A stretch of DNA of 64,000 nucleotides from a virus. Shown one piece after another: positions 1 through 10,902 of the stretch. Below the pieces are notes generated by a model, which ran no database searches, was not told the DNA's origin, and saw only the letters and a program-made list of their open reading frames with translations. The stretch lies in IMG/VR virus record IMGVR_UViG_3300027675_000005, positions 5,236 to 69,235 of that record; one strand, written 5' to 3'. How positions within the stretch are numbered: position 1 is the stretch's first letter; each line of letters begins with the position of its first letter. Made by a program: the position numbers and the translations under genes.

Positions 1-979
1 AATACGAACAATTGTAATCTGCGGGTCCCCGCATCGCGCCACCAACCATATTAATCGTTGGAGTTGTTCTCATCATAACTGGCCAGTTCATTGCAACAGC
101 AAGAGATCCATTCGTTTGACTGGATAGTTTGGTCGCGGCACCGCTTAATTGACAATACGAATAATATCGCTTGCACAATTGCAATTCTGTATTATACGGA
201 CGTACCATGAATGGAGACTGTTCTGCTGTAGGAGCTTGCGCACCAGGCAAGATAACAACGCCAGTAATCTCCATTGTATTGCCGACTGTACTAACAAAAT
301 TCATTGACCCAGCAGCAGCAATTCGCATCTTAATCCGCAGACCAGCTAGATTACCTTTATCCCATACCCCAGTTGTTTGACCCGGATAAGTTAACGTCAC
401 CCATTTTGCAGTATTCGCTACAAGATTAAGAACCGTTTGTGTGGCACCGGCTGAATGATCATTATTATAAACTATAACAGGAAAGCTACCCGAGATAGAT
501 GACTTAATCCAAAAACTCATCGTCATTGGGATAGCATTTGGCGTACCCCATCCGAGACGTGCCGATAAGATTCCTTCAACATTAAGAGCGATATCAGTTA
601 CGTCACTTCCAATTGTCGGCTGTGCAACAAGACAAATTAACTTCAGAGATCTTGCAAAACCAGGAATATTTGTTACCACTCCCTGCGCCGACAGCCTGGA
701 TGTTCCAGTTGGCTTTTCGATCTTAAATCCATCAACAGGATGTATCGTTCCCGTAACAACCTCGCCAACCGCGAAGTTATTTTCTTGAGAAATCTCCATC
801 CCGCCGTTAAGCTGTAATCCACTATCAGCAGAAAAAATAATAATCGGATCACTGGCTTCGCCGGGGCTAGCATAGGATGTCCACTTCTCTCCATCCCAGG
901 TATATTGAACCTGACCAGCGACAGCCGGATCGGGATACTTTTGCCCTATCGTTGGCGTCGAGGGAAAGTCAATTGCCAC
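1..979 (-). CDS. Tail fibre / receptor-binding protein, runs off the window edge (absent from the ORF track)
   Basis: GTG at 979 overlaps the stop of the upstream gene. Reads MAIDFPSTPTIGQKYP...YTWDGEKWT, then LNGGMEISQ and ELQLCKRYY...MMRTTPTI motifs typical of phage fibre proteins. Confidence 0.75.
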   Translation of the reverse strand, partial: MAIDFPSTPTIGQKYPDPAVAGQVQYTWDGEKWTSYASPGEASDPIIIFSADSGLQLNGGMEISQENNFAVGEVVTGTIHPVDGFKIEKPTGTSRLSAQGVVTNIPGFARSLKLICLVAQPTIGSDVTDIALNVEGILSARLGWGTPNAIPMTMSFWIKSSISGSFPVIVYNNDHSAGATQTVLNLVANTAKWVTLTYPGQTTGVWDKGNLAGLRIKMRIAAAGSMNFVSTVGNTMEITGVVILPGAQAPTAEQSPFMVRPYNTELQLCKRYYSYCQLSGAATKLSSQTNGSLAVAMNWPVMMRTTPTINMVGGAMRGPADYNCSY

Positions 980-1878
980 TAGAACCACTCCGCGATAATG
1001 TAACTGCCGGGTGCCCAATTGATAGGAGATGTAGAAATGAAACGCAACGCCAACACTTCCAATTGCGTACCGGCAGCAATAGAAAGATGTGTACTATAGA
1101 AAGAGTTGGATGCGCCAGCGGGATTATATGCCGATCCACGCGTCTTGCAGATGAATGGCATCATAGCGTTAGCTCGTTTGAGTGTAAGGTGACCCTCTGA
1201 ATATAACGGGTAAGCTCCACTCTCATGCCCAGCACTTAACATGATCCCCGGAGTAGAAGCATGTGAGTTAAGAAGCACTACTCCCGGTGAATTTGAATTC
1301 TGAGAAAAACCAGTTGCGGTATATTGACCGGCTTCTACAAACACACCTGGGGCAAGACTGAGTTGAAGTAATACGTTGAAAACTGCAGATGTAGATGGAT
1401 TTATCATTGCTGTCAAACGAACCGCATGAGCTCCATTAGGAACATCAATGACCTTAGAATTAACGTTTCCAACGTCATAACGCGCATAGTTAAGTTGAGC
1501 TGGCGGGCCCGCGGGCCCAACAGGACCAATTAATCCCGTAGGACCAACAGGACCGGGTGGTCCTGCACCACCAACGATAACCCATTGCGTAGAAGTTCCG
1601 TCATTGTAATTGATATAAAGAACGCCGCTATCCGATTCCCACCACAACGTTCCAGCGGGAGCTCCGAGCGGGGGTTGATCCGCAATCACAACAGTAGAGC
1701 CACCACCACTAGCGGATAAATCGACTAGCAACCTCTTTCCAGTTGGATCAAGTGAAATTGGAACGCCTACCCATAGTCGGGTTGGCGTAGCCATCTCAAC
1801 AGCTAACTCCCCAGGTAGCAACCCCGTCGGAGGAGCAGCGTAAGATTCTGTTCGTTTGATGAATACTTTTTGCATCAC
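979..1878 (-). CDS. Tail fibre/adaptor protein with short collagen-like repeat
   Basis: GPPGPVGPTG repeat and LWWESDSGVLYINYNDG motif; downstream of the baseplate genes. Start likely 1878/1875 rather than 1941. Confidence 0.65.
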   Translation of the reverse strand: MMQKVFIKRTESYAAPPTGLLPGELAVEMATPTRLWVGVPISLDPTGKRLLVDLSASGGGSTVVIADQPPLGAPAGTLWWESDSGVLYINYNDGTSTQWVIVGGAGPPGPVGPTGLIGPVGPAGPPAQLNYARYDVGNVNSKVIDVPNGAHAVRLTAMINPSTSAVFNVLLQLSLAPGVFVEAGQYTATGFSQNSNSPGVVLLNSHASTPGIMLSAGHESGAYPLYSEGHLTLKRANAMMPFICKTRGSAYNPAGASNSFYSTHLSIAAGTQLEVLALRFISTSPINWAPGSYIIAEWF

Positions 1879-1879
1879 T

Positions 1880-2404
1880 TCACCATGTTCCGCAGTCAAT
1901 GATTCCAACTGCGAGTGGTGCAGCGGCAGATCCATCTCCAACGATAGAAATACCGTCCACCGCCATTGTCGGATCGTTTACTTTAACCCATCCCGGAATA
2001 CTTGAATCGTACACATACATTGATAGCGTGTCCGGTTCCCACCAAAGCATACCCTCATAAGGATCGGGCGGAGCTTCATCTCCAATAAAAATAGCGGGTC
2101 GATTTGCATAAACCCACGTCGTAAAAGCACTGCACAGATTCTTTAGCGAGTTACAGTCCCATGGACCGTTTGTATCTAAACACTCTGCGAAGGCAACCAG
2201 TTCGCTAACGATAGCGTTAATCTGGCGTGGCTCGATTCGTGCGTCGCAGTTCGACGGTAGAGCAGATATAGCGCATGTCGCAACATACTCGGGAGGTGGA
2301 ACATAACCATTGTTAACTTCCGGTTGCGGAATCGGAACACCCGCAGGGTCACGTATTTCGACAGCACCGGCGCTCTCGGTATCTGGAAAAATAGTATTAG
2401 ACAT
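1880..2404 (-). CDS. Baseplate-proximal tail fibre anchor protein
   Basis: Follows the gp48-like gene; carries the LWWEPDT motif shared with fibre proteins; Cys-rich. Confidence 0.55.
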   Translation of the reverse strand: MSNTIFPDTESAGAVEIRDPAGVPIPQPEVNNGYVPPPEYVATCAISALPSNCDARIEPRQINAIVSELVAFAECLDTNGPWDCNSLKNLCSAFTTWVYANRPAIFIGDEAPPDPYEGMLWWEPDTLSMYVYDSSIPGWVKVNDPTMAVDGISIVGDGSAAAPLAVGIIDCGTW

Positions 2405-3373
2405 CTAGCAAGCCCTTTTGATGTTAGGTGGGCATGTCGGTGGTAGCATTGAACGAACTATGCACTCAGCCGCTAACACGCCGGGCCATATACGATCTGG
2501 CAGACCCGCAGGACGATCACAGCCCTGATCCCAGTAAGCAGGTATTTGAGGAAGCGGAAGTTGCGTTTCGCAGACGTCACCACTCCCAACACCCTCGATC
2601 CAATCTTGTTTACTACTGATAAGAAAACCCACATCTTCCATACAATAAGATACACATGGGCCTACCTCAACAATTGGATGTGTCGGTTCCGGTGGCGGAT
2701 AGATTGGTTGGATCTGAGCACCAAGAGGTTCAATAATCCAATTAATACCACACAGGTTCTTTATGATACCCATGTTGGCGCGAGTGAGAGCTATCGCAAC
2801 GGCACGTTTAAGAGCTTCCTCCAACTCGGGCGGATAATTGGGCGGACAGAACATCGGACCGCACTCAGTCCAGACTTCTAATGGAGTGAGTTCGCCAAGC
2901 AATACGGAACGACAGTGTTGATTATAACAATCTTCCCATTCCAATCGCGCTAGATAATTGTCCAGCGTACTGATAGCCGTGTACGGATTACTCTCCCGCA
3001 TCGCTACCCATAAGGCATCATGAACAACTATCCGTAATTTCAATACTGCGTATATGGCATGTAGGATTAATGACGGGCATTGTGGATCACTAATTAGAGG
3101 ACATTCGGCAGGATCCGCAGATGGATTGGATTCGAAATAACTAATCGCTGCGGCCTTCCAATAATCCCATAGTGGTCCACTTGGCAAAAGATTCATAAAC
3201 GCCACAAAGGTGCAGCATAGATCATTTCCGCAGAGCGGAGGCGGGCAGCAGCCCACCTCGTCAATCTCTGTGAATGGTACGCAGCCATCCGCTCCCAGTT
3301 TCGTCACCGGGATCATAGCCATCGGCGGCTTACCACTAAGCGGAGGATCACCTGTGGTATTCACATCTAGCAT
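2405..3373 (-). CDS. Baseplate wedge protein (Mu gp48/YmfQ-like)
   Basis: LLPSGPLW and RESNPYTA motifs; directly after the J-like gene. Confidence 0.65.
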   Translation of the reverse strand: MLDVNTTGDPPLSGKPPMAMIPVTKLGADGCVPFTEIDEVGCCPPPLCGNDLCCTFVAFMNLLPSGPLWDYWKAAAISYFESNPSADPAECPLISDPQCPSLILHAIYAVLKLRIVVHDALWVAMRESNPYTAISTLDNYLARLEWEDCYNQHCRSVLLGELTPLEVWTECGPMFCPPNYPPELEEALKRAVAIALTRANMGIIKNLCGINWIIEPLGAQIQPIYPPPEPTHPIVEVGPCVSYCMEDVGFLISSKQDWIEGVGSGDVCETQLPLPQIPAYWDQGCDRPAGLPDRIWPGVLAAECIVRSMLPPTCPPNIKRAC

Positions 3374-4584
3374 GGCGGCGATGTCGTGGGTTGTGTAAAC
3401 GTGATATCATTCAGACAAGGAAGCACATCGCATTCTGGCTCGAGACCGCAACCGCTGGCATACACAAGCTCTCTCGGATACGGAGGCTTATGATCTTCCC
3501 AACCAACAATCTCAAACCGAACAGATGAGTTGATTTCGGCCCCTAGAACGCTGGCTACGATAAGTTCGAGCTGTTTAGTGTATAGTGGCATCGACGGACA
3601 GATTCGCTTAAACAGCGCCGTGATCTGATCTTCTATAACCTGTTTCTGTGCAGTTGAAGGACAACCCTCAATATCTATGAACACATTAACCGGAAGTGGT
3701 ATCGGAGCAAAGATCTTTCCGCACACTCCAATCTCAACCTGTCCTTCTCCGTAGCCCTGATGCTCACCAAACAACCAATCGGTGATATCGTCTACGACAT
3801 TCTGTGGAGGAATTCCACATGGGAAAGTATCATCAAACAACACATAGAACTGCATCATATTTCCGCAGTTCTTGCAACCCCAATCGTCGCACTCACCGCC
3901 ACAACGGCAACAGGCTCCCTCGCGGATACAGACCCGTGTGGCGCAAGGAAACTCCAGTAGCTTGGCCTTAATCCAAGCCATCGTTGCGCGAGGCTGATAA
4001 GCTAGACGTTCGATATATCGCTTGCGAAAGTCTTCACATGACTCTGCGTCTGCACCGCCGCAGAAGGTACCTCCGCAGATACTTACTTCGGTATTGATAC
4101 CGGGTGCAGGTGTGATTAGAGTACCTTCTGTTATCTCTCCCGCTGAATTGTAAGCGGGCCCGGGTGTCAATGCTCTAATGCGAACTACTATCTCACCGGA
4201 ACTAGGAATCGTTAATGGTATCGTACCGACAGACACATAAATGCCTGCAGAAGTTTGAATTTCAAAATACGGGGGAACTGCGGATCCGACTACACCAGTT
4301 AGTCTAGTATATCCCTCCGCATGTGATGCTGGTCTTGGATATACGCCATGTTGCGCTGCCATCTTGTACAGATTTTCGCAACAGGCTGTCTCCGGATTAG
4401 TCTCCCTCCACATCTGATCCGCAATAGCATAGAACTGCTCTGCTGCGGCATAATCATTCGATACAACGTACCATTCATTTGATTCAGGGATAACCTGTCC
4501 GCCGCCAAGTACTGTCGACGAAAACTGGCTTTTGATCTGATCAAATAATTGTTTAGGATCTGGTCTGAGGATGATACAAGACAT
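3367..4584 (-). CDS. Baseplate J-like protein (Mu gp47-like)
   Basis: GGADAESCEDFRKRY motif, ~400 aa, synteny. Confidence 0.85.
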   Translation of the reverse strand: MSCIILRPDPKQLFDQIKSQFSSTVLGGGQVIPESNEWYVVSNDYAAAEQFYAIADQMWRETNPETACCENLYKMAAQHGVYPRPASHAEGYTRLTGVVGSAVPPYFEIQTSAGIYVSVGTIPLTIPSSGEIVVRIRALTPGPAYNSAGEITEGTLITPAPGINTEVSICGGTFCGGADAESCEDFRKRYIERLAYQPRATMAWIKAKLLEFPCATRVCIREGACCRCGGECDDWGCKNCGNMMQFYVLFDDTFPCGIPPQNVVDDITDWLFGEHQGYGEGQVEIGVCGKIFAPIPLPVNVFIDIEGCPSTAQKQVIEDQITALFKRICPSMPLYTKQLELIVASVLGAEINSSVRFEIVGWEDHKPPYPRELVYASGCGLEPECDVLPCLNDITFTQPTTSPPC

Positions 4585-5120
4585 CAGTTCCACATCCATA
4601 CGTCAGAGCTATACGAACCGGAAAGGTTTAGTGTTTGACGAACAGATCGAGATGTGATCGTAATCTCAACATCAACTCTAGATCGACCCCGATACGTTAC
4701 ATCGACATCAATACCGGTAGCTAGATTAAGAATAACCAATTTGCTAACATCACTACGGATAGCAGCACCGATTGCCTTGACCCCGTCAAGAACTCTGGGG
4801 TATGATTTTTCTGCTGCATTAAACATACGAGTTCCGATATAGAGCCCGTCGTCCCGATAGCTTTCGGACCAGTGACCATAAGTACCCGCAGGGGTTGGAC
4901 ACATAAGATCGCTTCTAGCCCGGGTATTGAGAATATTTAAAACTAGACCCCGCAACCATTCGACATTAGAGATCGTTCTACCTTCAGGCTTATTGATATA
5001 CTCAAGCCCAGGTATAATGCACTCTTGTCCACACAGATTGTAACGACCACATGACTCCAATGTCGTCCAGAATACTCTGCGACGCTCAATATCGCCAGGT
5101 AGGCAATCAGCGGAGCGCAT
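4584..5120 (-). CDS. Baseplate wedge protein (Mu gp46-like)
   Basis: L-x-T-x-ARS...GHWSES...IGTR pattern; lies between spike and J. Confidence 0.65.
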   Translation of the reverse strand: MRSADCLPGDIERRRVFWTTLESCGRYNLCGQECIIPGLEYINKPEGRTISNVEWLRGLVLNILNTRARSDLMCPTPAGTYGHWSESYRDDGLYIGTRMFNAAEKSYPRVLDGVKAIGAAIRSDVSKLVILNLATGIDVDVTYRGRSRVDVEITITSRSVRQTLNLSGSYSSDVWMWN

Positions 5121-5680
5121 TAATCAGGATCCTTAGCTTCAGCCTGCTTACTTCCTGTGAAGCCAGGAATCGGTTCCTTACCCTGTACAATTTCAGGAGT
5201 TTTAATACGCTTATTTACAATCAATTCGCCTTCCATGATAATCTGACTGGCGCGAATGTAAACCTTATCGCCCCGAACTTCGAACTCACCTTTCTCGCCA
5301 ACTGCGAATTTGTTCTTTGTGAGATGTGCAAGAGAATCGCTGAAGTCTAGAGCAAACGTGTCATCCGTAGGATGTTGAACTCCACCATGCCCCTCTTCCC
5401 ATCGCCGCTGCTTATCTTTTGGGATGGTTAGCAGCGCCATCTTCAATGTGGTGTCAGATGAACCTGCAAGCAACATGACCTCGGTATTAAATTTCTCCTT
5501 AACGTTGAAGGAGACACCTCCAACTACCAAGACTCCAGCTTCTTGATCTTCGGTATCAGTTCCTCTAACTTTAATAATCGAACCGTTCTTTTTGATGTAT
5601 TCTTGCTTACCCCACACATGGCGTTCAGTACCGTCATTTATATCCCGCGAACGTTCACGGAAATGAGTAAAGCTCGTCAT
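5120..5680 (-). CDS. Baseplate spike (Mu gp45-like)
   Basis: Synteny after the hub; beta-rich C-terminus. Confidence 0.6.
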   Translation of the reverse strand: MTSFTHFRERSRDINDGTERHVWGKQEYIKKNGSIIKVRGTDTEDQEAGVLVVGGVSFNVKEKFNTEVMLLAGSSDTTLKMALLTIPKDKQRRWEEGHGGVQHPTDDTFALDFSDSLAHLTKNKFAVGEKGEFEVRGDKVYIRASQIIMEGELIVNKRIKTPEIVQGKEPIPGFTGSKQAEAKDPD

Positions 5681-6987
5681 GAAACTTCTCCAAACCAATA
5701 AGGAAGGGTCAACGGCGGGGGTTTAGGTTGCGGAGGCTCATTCTTCGCCATCTGTTCTAGAGATTCGGTAGCAGACATAAATGGAAGAATGGATAAATCT
5801 GGAGGCAACCACGGCTCTGGAAACTGTCCTGCTATCAACGAAATACCGGACTGCGCCATACGCGCTTCTCCAGTATTGAATTTGATATTAGCAAGCCCGA
5901 ATCCTTCTCCACCTCCTGCTGAAGGCGGAGGAGATAGCGTTAGACTAGTCTTAATTGTCTTATCTGCATTTACAGTGTACGTCAGGTCAGTACATTCGAA
6001 CATATCAAAAATACCCTCAGGCGGAACCTCAACGTAATGCAAGTTTCCAATATCCCACGGGCCACCATTTGACATAACGTGAAACACTTCAATCTGAATC
6101 TTCTTACTCTTAGCGGCTCGCGCGTTCATCTCGAACCGTCCCCGCCGCTCCAGTGTCTTATCGTCAGCATCACCGTTATGTTGAATGGTATGAGGTACAT
6201 GCGATTTCATACGCTTATTCTTTGTTGTTTTATGCGTCTTGAGAACAGCTTCCTCTCCCCATTTATCTTTCTTGGAACGCTGACCTTTTACTTTGACTTC
6301 TGACTTGTCATTCTCTTCAGATTGTTCCGCAGAGAACTCAAGGATGTTACGTCCAAGAATAAGAGGATCTCCACCTCCACCAGCACAGCCATCAGTGACA
6401 ACTAATTTCCCTTCTCGACTCTCATACATGAAATAACAGTTCTCGACTGCGATACGATTAAGTTCGTCCACCACACGGGCACCGTCGCGGAAACGCTGTT
6501 TATCTAATTTGATTACTTCGCCCTTCCACTCGGTCTGAATCTTCCAAGGCTCGAGCAACTTTTCAACAACTTCTTTAGTAGTTGGCTTCAACATATTAGT
6601 GGTTGGATGTTGATGCGAACTATCGACCAGACGCTTAGTCTTACCACGAGCAGTCAACTTAATGGTGTATTCGTTCGGACCAATGTTAACTGATAGCGAA
6701 GCACCCTTTCCACTATCTCCTTCGCTTTCTTCAGTTCCAGCAGTACCTTTCTTTGCGCCGGTTCCTTTACGCTTATCAACGTTCCCAGTGAAAGCAAGCT
6801 GCCCGCCCACATAGACGTTTATTTCTGCCCCTGCGGCGGCTGCGCGAGCTATTGGGCCCGACGGCATAGCACCAGCAAAGATAGAGACCGAAAGACTTCC
6901 AGTCAATTGCTCCTTACTACGCTGGAGGGTCATTTCCGTCCAGGTTGTAAGTTCAGAACCACCAACTGTAATGACAACAGGTTTCAC
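5677..6987 (-). CDS. Baseplate hub (Mu gp44/gpP-like)
   Basis: N-terminal W-x-E-M-T-L-Q-R-S; LILGRNIL and VKVKGQ motifs. Confidence 0.8.
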   Translation of the reverse strand: MKPVVITVGGSELTTWTEMTLQRSKEQLTGSLSVSIFAGAMPSGPIARAAAAGAEINVYVGGQLAFTGNVDKRKGTGAKKGTAGTEESEGDSGKGASLSVNIGPNEYTIKLTARGKTKRLVDSSHQHPTTNMLKPTTKEVVEKLLEPWKIQTEWKGEVIKLDKQRFRDGARVVDELNRIAVENCYFMYESREGKLVVTDGCAGGGGDPLILGRNILEFSAEQSEENDKSEVKVKGQRSKKDKWGEEAVLKTHKTTKNKRMKSHVPHTIQHNGDADDKTLERRGRFEMNARAAKSKKIQIEVFHVMSNGGPWDIGNLHYVEVPPEGIFDMFECTDLTYTVNADKTIKTSLTLSPPPSAGGGEGFGLANIKFNTGEARMAQSGISLIAGQFPEPWLPPDLSILPFMSATESLEQMAKNEPPQPKPPPLTLPYWFGEVS

Positions 6988-8180
6988 GTCGGAGCAATTC
7001 CCCTAACGATGCGACCGAATCGTCCGTTCGCATCTATGATGTTTCGAGGCTCTAGATCCCTGTGGCGTTTCGCATCATTATAGATCACATACGCAGCAAT
7101 CAATGGATGCACCCCACCTTGGAAGTCAACAGTAATTAGACCCGGAAGACGATAAGCAAGATCATACATCATTTCTTTGAAGCTGGTAATATACTTCACA
7201 AGCTCAAGATACAGAGCATTGTCACAGATGTTATAGGCAGACTTGGCTTCGTCCTCAAGAACCGCGGATGCAATGTCCATTGCAGATATTGCAGCTTGAA
7301 CATTTGGGTACTGGCGAACCATTGCGGTCTCAGCCAGTGCAACGCCAGTCAGTATGCGGAATCGGCTGTACAGCGAATTCTCTATTGCAGCAGCGCCGCC
7401 AGCCACAGGAAGCACACTTTCGACCGCTGCCACGTTAGTGAGTTTTCTTAGAACTCGCCACTGACTATCCGGATCTTGGATATTATAAGTGAGTTGGCTT
7501 ATCCCTGATGTAAGTGATGTGTCTACCGGTTCCGCTTGCATTGCTAGACCAGGATCGCTAGCCACTTCTTCCATTTTAAGAGCCACACGCCATTGCGACG
7601 TACTTGTCTCCGTAGTGAATGTCTGAACCAGAGCATCGTGCGTCGTCTTAACAAGAGATTGAGCAGTAGTTACAATATCTCGGGACCAAGGTTGGGACAC
7701 AGAAGCTGGAATATAGTCTCTTCGAAACGATGTAGAACTAACAGCTAGAACAGCACTTGCAATGATTCCGAATAAGGATCCGCCAAGTCCCGTACCAACG
7801 GGATTAGCTTCAACGAATTCTAATTCAGCTGTAGTCTCGCCCTGCCCTTCTTCCAGCTTATCGCTGACTTTGACGCTACGGCAGGCAACAAGATGAGTTC
7901 CGCGTGTCGGATGAACAAGTATTCCAGGCTGTGGACTTTGGCAAACAAGAAATAGGCCCTGGCTATCCCAAACATGGTCATCTTCCCGAAACACCGCGGT
8001 AAGATTAAAGACCCTTATCTTACGACCGAGATCCGCGTATGCAGTGTCTTCACCAAAAGGAAACTCTCCTTCGGCACCCCGGCGACCACCTTCGGCGTTA
8101 GCCTCAGTACACCAGAATCCCACACCCTTGAACGAAGCGGGAACATAGTCCTTACCGATGGCGCAGTTAGTTCGTGACAT
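6984..8180 (-). CDS. Mu gpN-like DNA circularisation / tail protein
   Basis: ASFKGVGF...GGRR...EFPF...DLGR...PGILVHPTRG motif set. Confidence 0.85.
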   Translation of the reverse strand: MSRTNCAIGKDYVPASFKGVGFWCTEANAEGGRRGAEGEFPFGEDTAYADLGRKIRVFNLTAVFREDDHVWDSQGLFLVCQSPQPGILVHPTRGTHLVACRSVKVSDKLEEGQGETTAELEFVEANPVGTGLGGSLFGIIASAVLAVSSTSFRRDYIPASVSQPWSRDIVTTAQSLVKTTHDALVQTFTTETSTSQWRVALKMEEVASDPGLAMQAEPVDTSLTSGISQLTYNIQDPDSQWRVLRKLTNVAAVESVLPVAGGAAAIENSLYSRFRILTGVALAETAMVRQYPNVQAAISAMDIASAVLEDEAKSAYNICDNALYLELVKYITSFKEMMYDLAYRLPGLITVDFQGGVHPLIAAYVIYNDAKRHRDLEPRNIIDANGRFGRIVRGIAPT

Positions 8181-10756
8181 TAGCCAACAGCCGTTCTCTG
8201 ACCTTGATCGGAGCTACCCTCAACATTTTTAACGTTGACAGTAGCAGCAAGTTGGATATTAGCTACCCCTGCCCTAATTCTAGCAACTGCATTATCCCCG
8301 AAGATTCCACCAGCACCAGCAGCTCCCGAATTGATCGTAGTCATAGCTGTTGTCGAGAAGTTGGTTCCACCCTCCTGTCCCTTAGCTGGAAGAGTACCAA
8401 AAGCCTCGTTAAACTTCCCGGGCGCGGTATCGATCGCTGCCAACATTGACTGAACTTCGGGTGTCGTAGCTTCGGCTCTCTTTTCGGCACCTGGAGGGAG
8501 CGGACCAATGAAGTCCGAAGGATACTTCTTATCATCCTCTTCTTTCTTTTGTTGCAGATCCTTCTGCCTCTGTTCAAGATATGCTTTCAGACCCGCAGCG
8601 TTAGCTCTTGCTTCCTCGAGATCAGCTTCTATCCTGGCAACTAGAGAAGCTAGATTTGCTTTTCGCTGTTCATTAGCTTTACCGCGCCACGGAGCATTTC
8701 TTAGGTCACTCTGTGCTTTCTTTAACTCCCCCTCAAGTCTCATTATATCGTTCAATACTTGACCTCGCTTAGTAGCATCAGCCGTCGTCTGTGCATCCAC
8801 TTGTGAAATAGCACCCGAGGTAGCTGAGGGATCCGGACCAATACCAAGTTTAGAAGCTATCCAAGCAGCACCTTTATAGAATAACTGAGCGGCTTCCCAA
8901 AGAAGCCTTCCCGCCTGAGCGGCAGGAGTCATCATAAGGGCTTCCTGTCCTTTAGCTACAAGATTGGCACGAGCTGGACCGCTGGGATCAGCTAAGGCAT
9001 CATTTATCTCTTTAATTATTGCAGACAGACCTAGACCCTTTGATACGCTTGTACCCAACTCCTGAGCTTTAGTATCAAGGGTTGCTTTAAGATTAGATAA
9101 TTGAGCAGCTATCGAATCACCAAAGATCTGACCTCCTTTTTGACGAAGATTATCTAAAGCAATCCGTCCTTGTGCAACGGTACCCTGTTGTTGCACATGA
9201 CTGAATATAGCATCAGAAAGAGCAGTTCTGGCTGTAGCAGCCATCCCCGGGAATGCTTGATCCAGTATCGTCTGCATTCTAGAACGAAGCGGAGCACGAG
9301 CGTCTGCGATCTCCTGTTCAGTTCCACCTTCTTCTCTAACTACCCTTGCTCGTTCTTCTCCCGCCTTGACCTCAGCTTTGGTAAGGCTCTTATCTGCAAT
9401 CTTCTCCATCTTAGGGAGAACATTTTTAATGATCCATTCAAAGGGATTAGTTCGAAGTAGATCAGAATCAACTACATTACCCGATCCAGGTACAATACCG
9501 CCCGCTCGCCCAGCTTTTCCAGGTAGAGGCGTACCACCCGTAAGAAGACCTAGCTTCTGAAGACCTCTATTTAAAGCCTTGTTGTCCACGACGCCGGACA
9601 TAGACCGCATTGCTTGGTAGAGTTCGTTTGCTACTCGAACTCCGCGATCACCACCCGCAGAAAGGACGCGAGCAAGGGCTTCAGGCTCTAATGTGAACGC
9701 CGCTGTTTTCAGGTTAGCAAGAACAGTTCGAATGCGCTCAGCTTCCAGCTGAGGATTCATAGCCTTAGCAAGCGCCACACCTTCAAAGACTCGTTGACCA
9801 TCCTTAGTTAATTGTCCCGCGGCATTCGTTAAATCACCGGACGCAATATTCAGACCTTTAACAATCGTATTAAGATTAGCTATAGACTCTTCACGGCTCT
9901 GCTTTGCCCCGCCAAGTCCATAAGCTAATGGAATAAATGTATCTGCAATCTTTGGAGCAATAGCTGCGGCAGCGGTGGCTCTTTCGGTTGCGGACTTTCC
10001 ACCAACGTCGCCCAGAATTCCAACCATGAATTCTGTCATTTCCGCTTTAGTCAATTTTATTGGATGACCAGCGGTCTCCTTAACATATTTGTCAACAGCA
10101 GCTCGAATAATACCCTGTTGACCAGAACCTGGTTTACCTGGCTCATCCGGAGTCGCTGCTAACCTCAGCATGAGGTCAGCGCGATCTGCCTTAATCGTTT
10201 CGCTTCCAATATATCGGAGAGCAGCAGCGGCGGCATAAGCTGCGGCAGCCACAGCTAGCATCGCTGGATTGACAGCAGCAAGGCCTCCCATGAGACCTAG
10301 GCCGAGCCCGCCCCCTGCGCCAGCATTGGCGCCCTGCATTGCAGTTCCAAGGAAGGTTCGCGAACGACCCCCACCCCGACCAGCCCCAGGTCTGCCACCA
10401 CCTCCACCAGGAGGAATTCGAGGGGGTTGTCCAGTAGTATTGAATCTGGTATTGATAACAACAGGTCGTCTAGCAGATTGCCTTAATCTACTAATCTGCC
10501 CCTGTACAGCGCCGAGGCCAGTGGTATTTACATTGATACGAATTGCTGAGCCAGCAACTGACTTCAGTCTCCTTACGGCACTGGTGAGTTGGTTAACCTG
10601 TCGTGTCGCCTGCCCAATACCAGTAAACTGTACTCTGATACTTTTGAGGGATCTTGCAGTGGCTTGAAGTTTCTTTAACTCAGCATTAATCTTACGGATT
10701 TGTGCCGTAGATTTGTCTTTTACCTCAAGGGTTGCTCTTTCAGTAAAAGAAGCCAT
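8180..10756 (-). CDS. Tail tape measure protein
   Basis: 858 aa, Ala/Gly-rich and helical; follows the tail chaperone. Confidence 0.85.
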   Translation of the reverse strand: MASFTERATLEVKDKSTAQIRKINAELKKLQATARSLKSIRVQFTGIGQATRQVNQLTSAVRRLKSVAGSAIRINVNTTGLGAVQGQISRLRQSARRPVVINTRFNTTGQPPRIPPGGGGGRPGAGRGGGRSRTFLGTAMQGANAGAGGGLGLGLMGGLAAVNPAMLAVAAAAYAAAAALRYIGSETIKADRADLMLRLAATPDEPGKPGSGQQGIIRAAVDKYVKETAGHPIKLTKAEMTEFMVGILGDVGGKSATERATAAAAIAPKIADTFIPLAYGLGGAKQSREESIANLNTIVKGLNIASGDLTNAAGQLTKDGQRVFEGVALAKAMNPQLEAERIRTVLANLKTAAFTLEPEALARVLSAGGDRGVRVANELYQAMRSMSGVVDNKALNRGLQKLGLLTGGTPLPGKAGRAGGIVPGSGNVVDSDLLRTNPFEWIIKNVLPKMEKIADKSLTKAEVKAGEERARVVREEGGTEQEIADARAPLRSRMQTILDQAFPGMAATARTALSDAIFSHVQQQGTVAQGRIALDNLRQKGGQIFGDSIAAQLSNLKATLDTKAQELGTSVSKGLGLSAIIKEINDALADPSGPARANLVAKGQEALMMTPAAQAGRLLWEAAQLFYKGAAWIASKLGIGPDPSATSGAISQVDAQTTADATKRGQVLNDIMRLEGELKKAQSDLRNAPWRGKANEQRKANLASLVARIEADLEEARANAAGLKAYLEQRQKDLQQKKEEDDKKYPSDFIGPLPPGAEKRAEATTPEVQSMLAAIDTAPGKFNEAFGTLPAKGQEGGTNFSTTAMTTINSGAAGAGGIFGDNAVARIRAGVANIQLAATVNVKNVEGSSDQGQRTAVG

Positions 10757-10902
10757 CGCTTACAATTTACCTCCAGCCAGGTTGATCCGATTACGGATCT
10801 CCTGGTTATGAACTTTGATAAAGTTGGAGATTCGGAGAGTCAGAAGACGCATACTTAGAGATCTAAGATCGCCGGCAGAAGCAGAGTAGTAACGATATTC
10901 TT

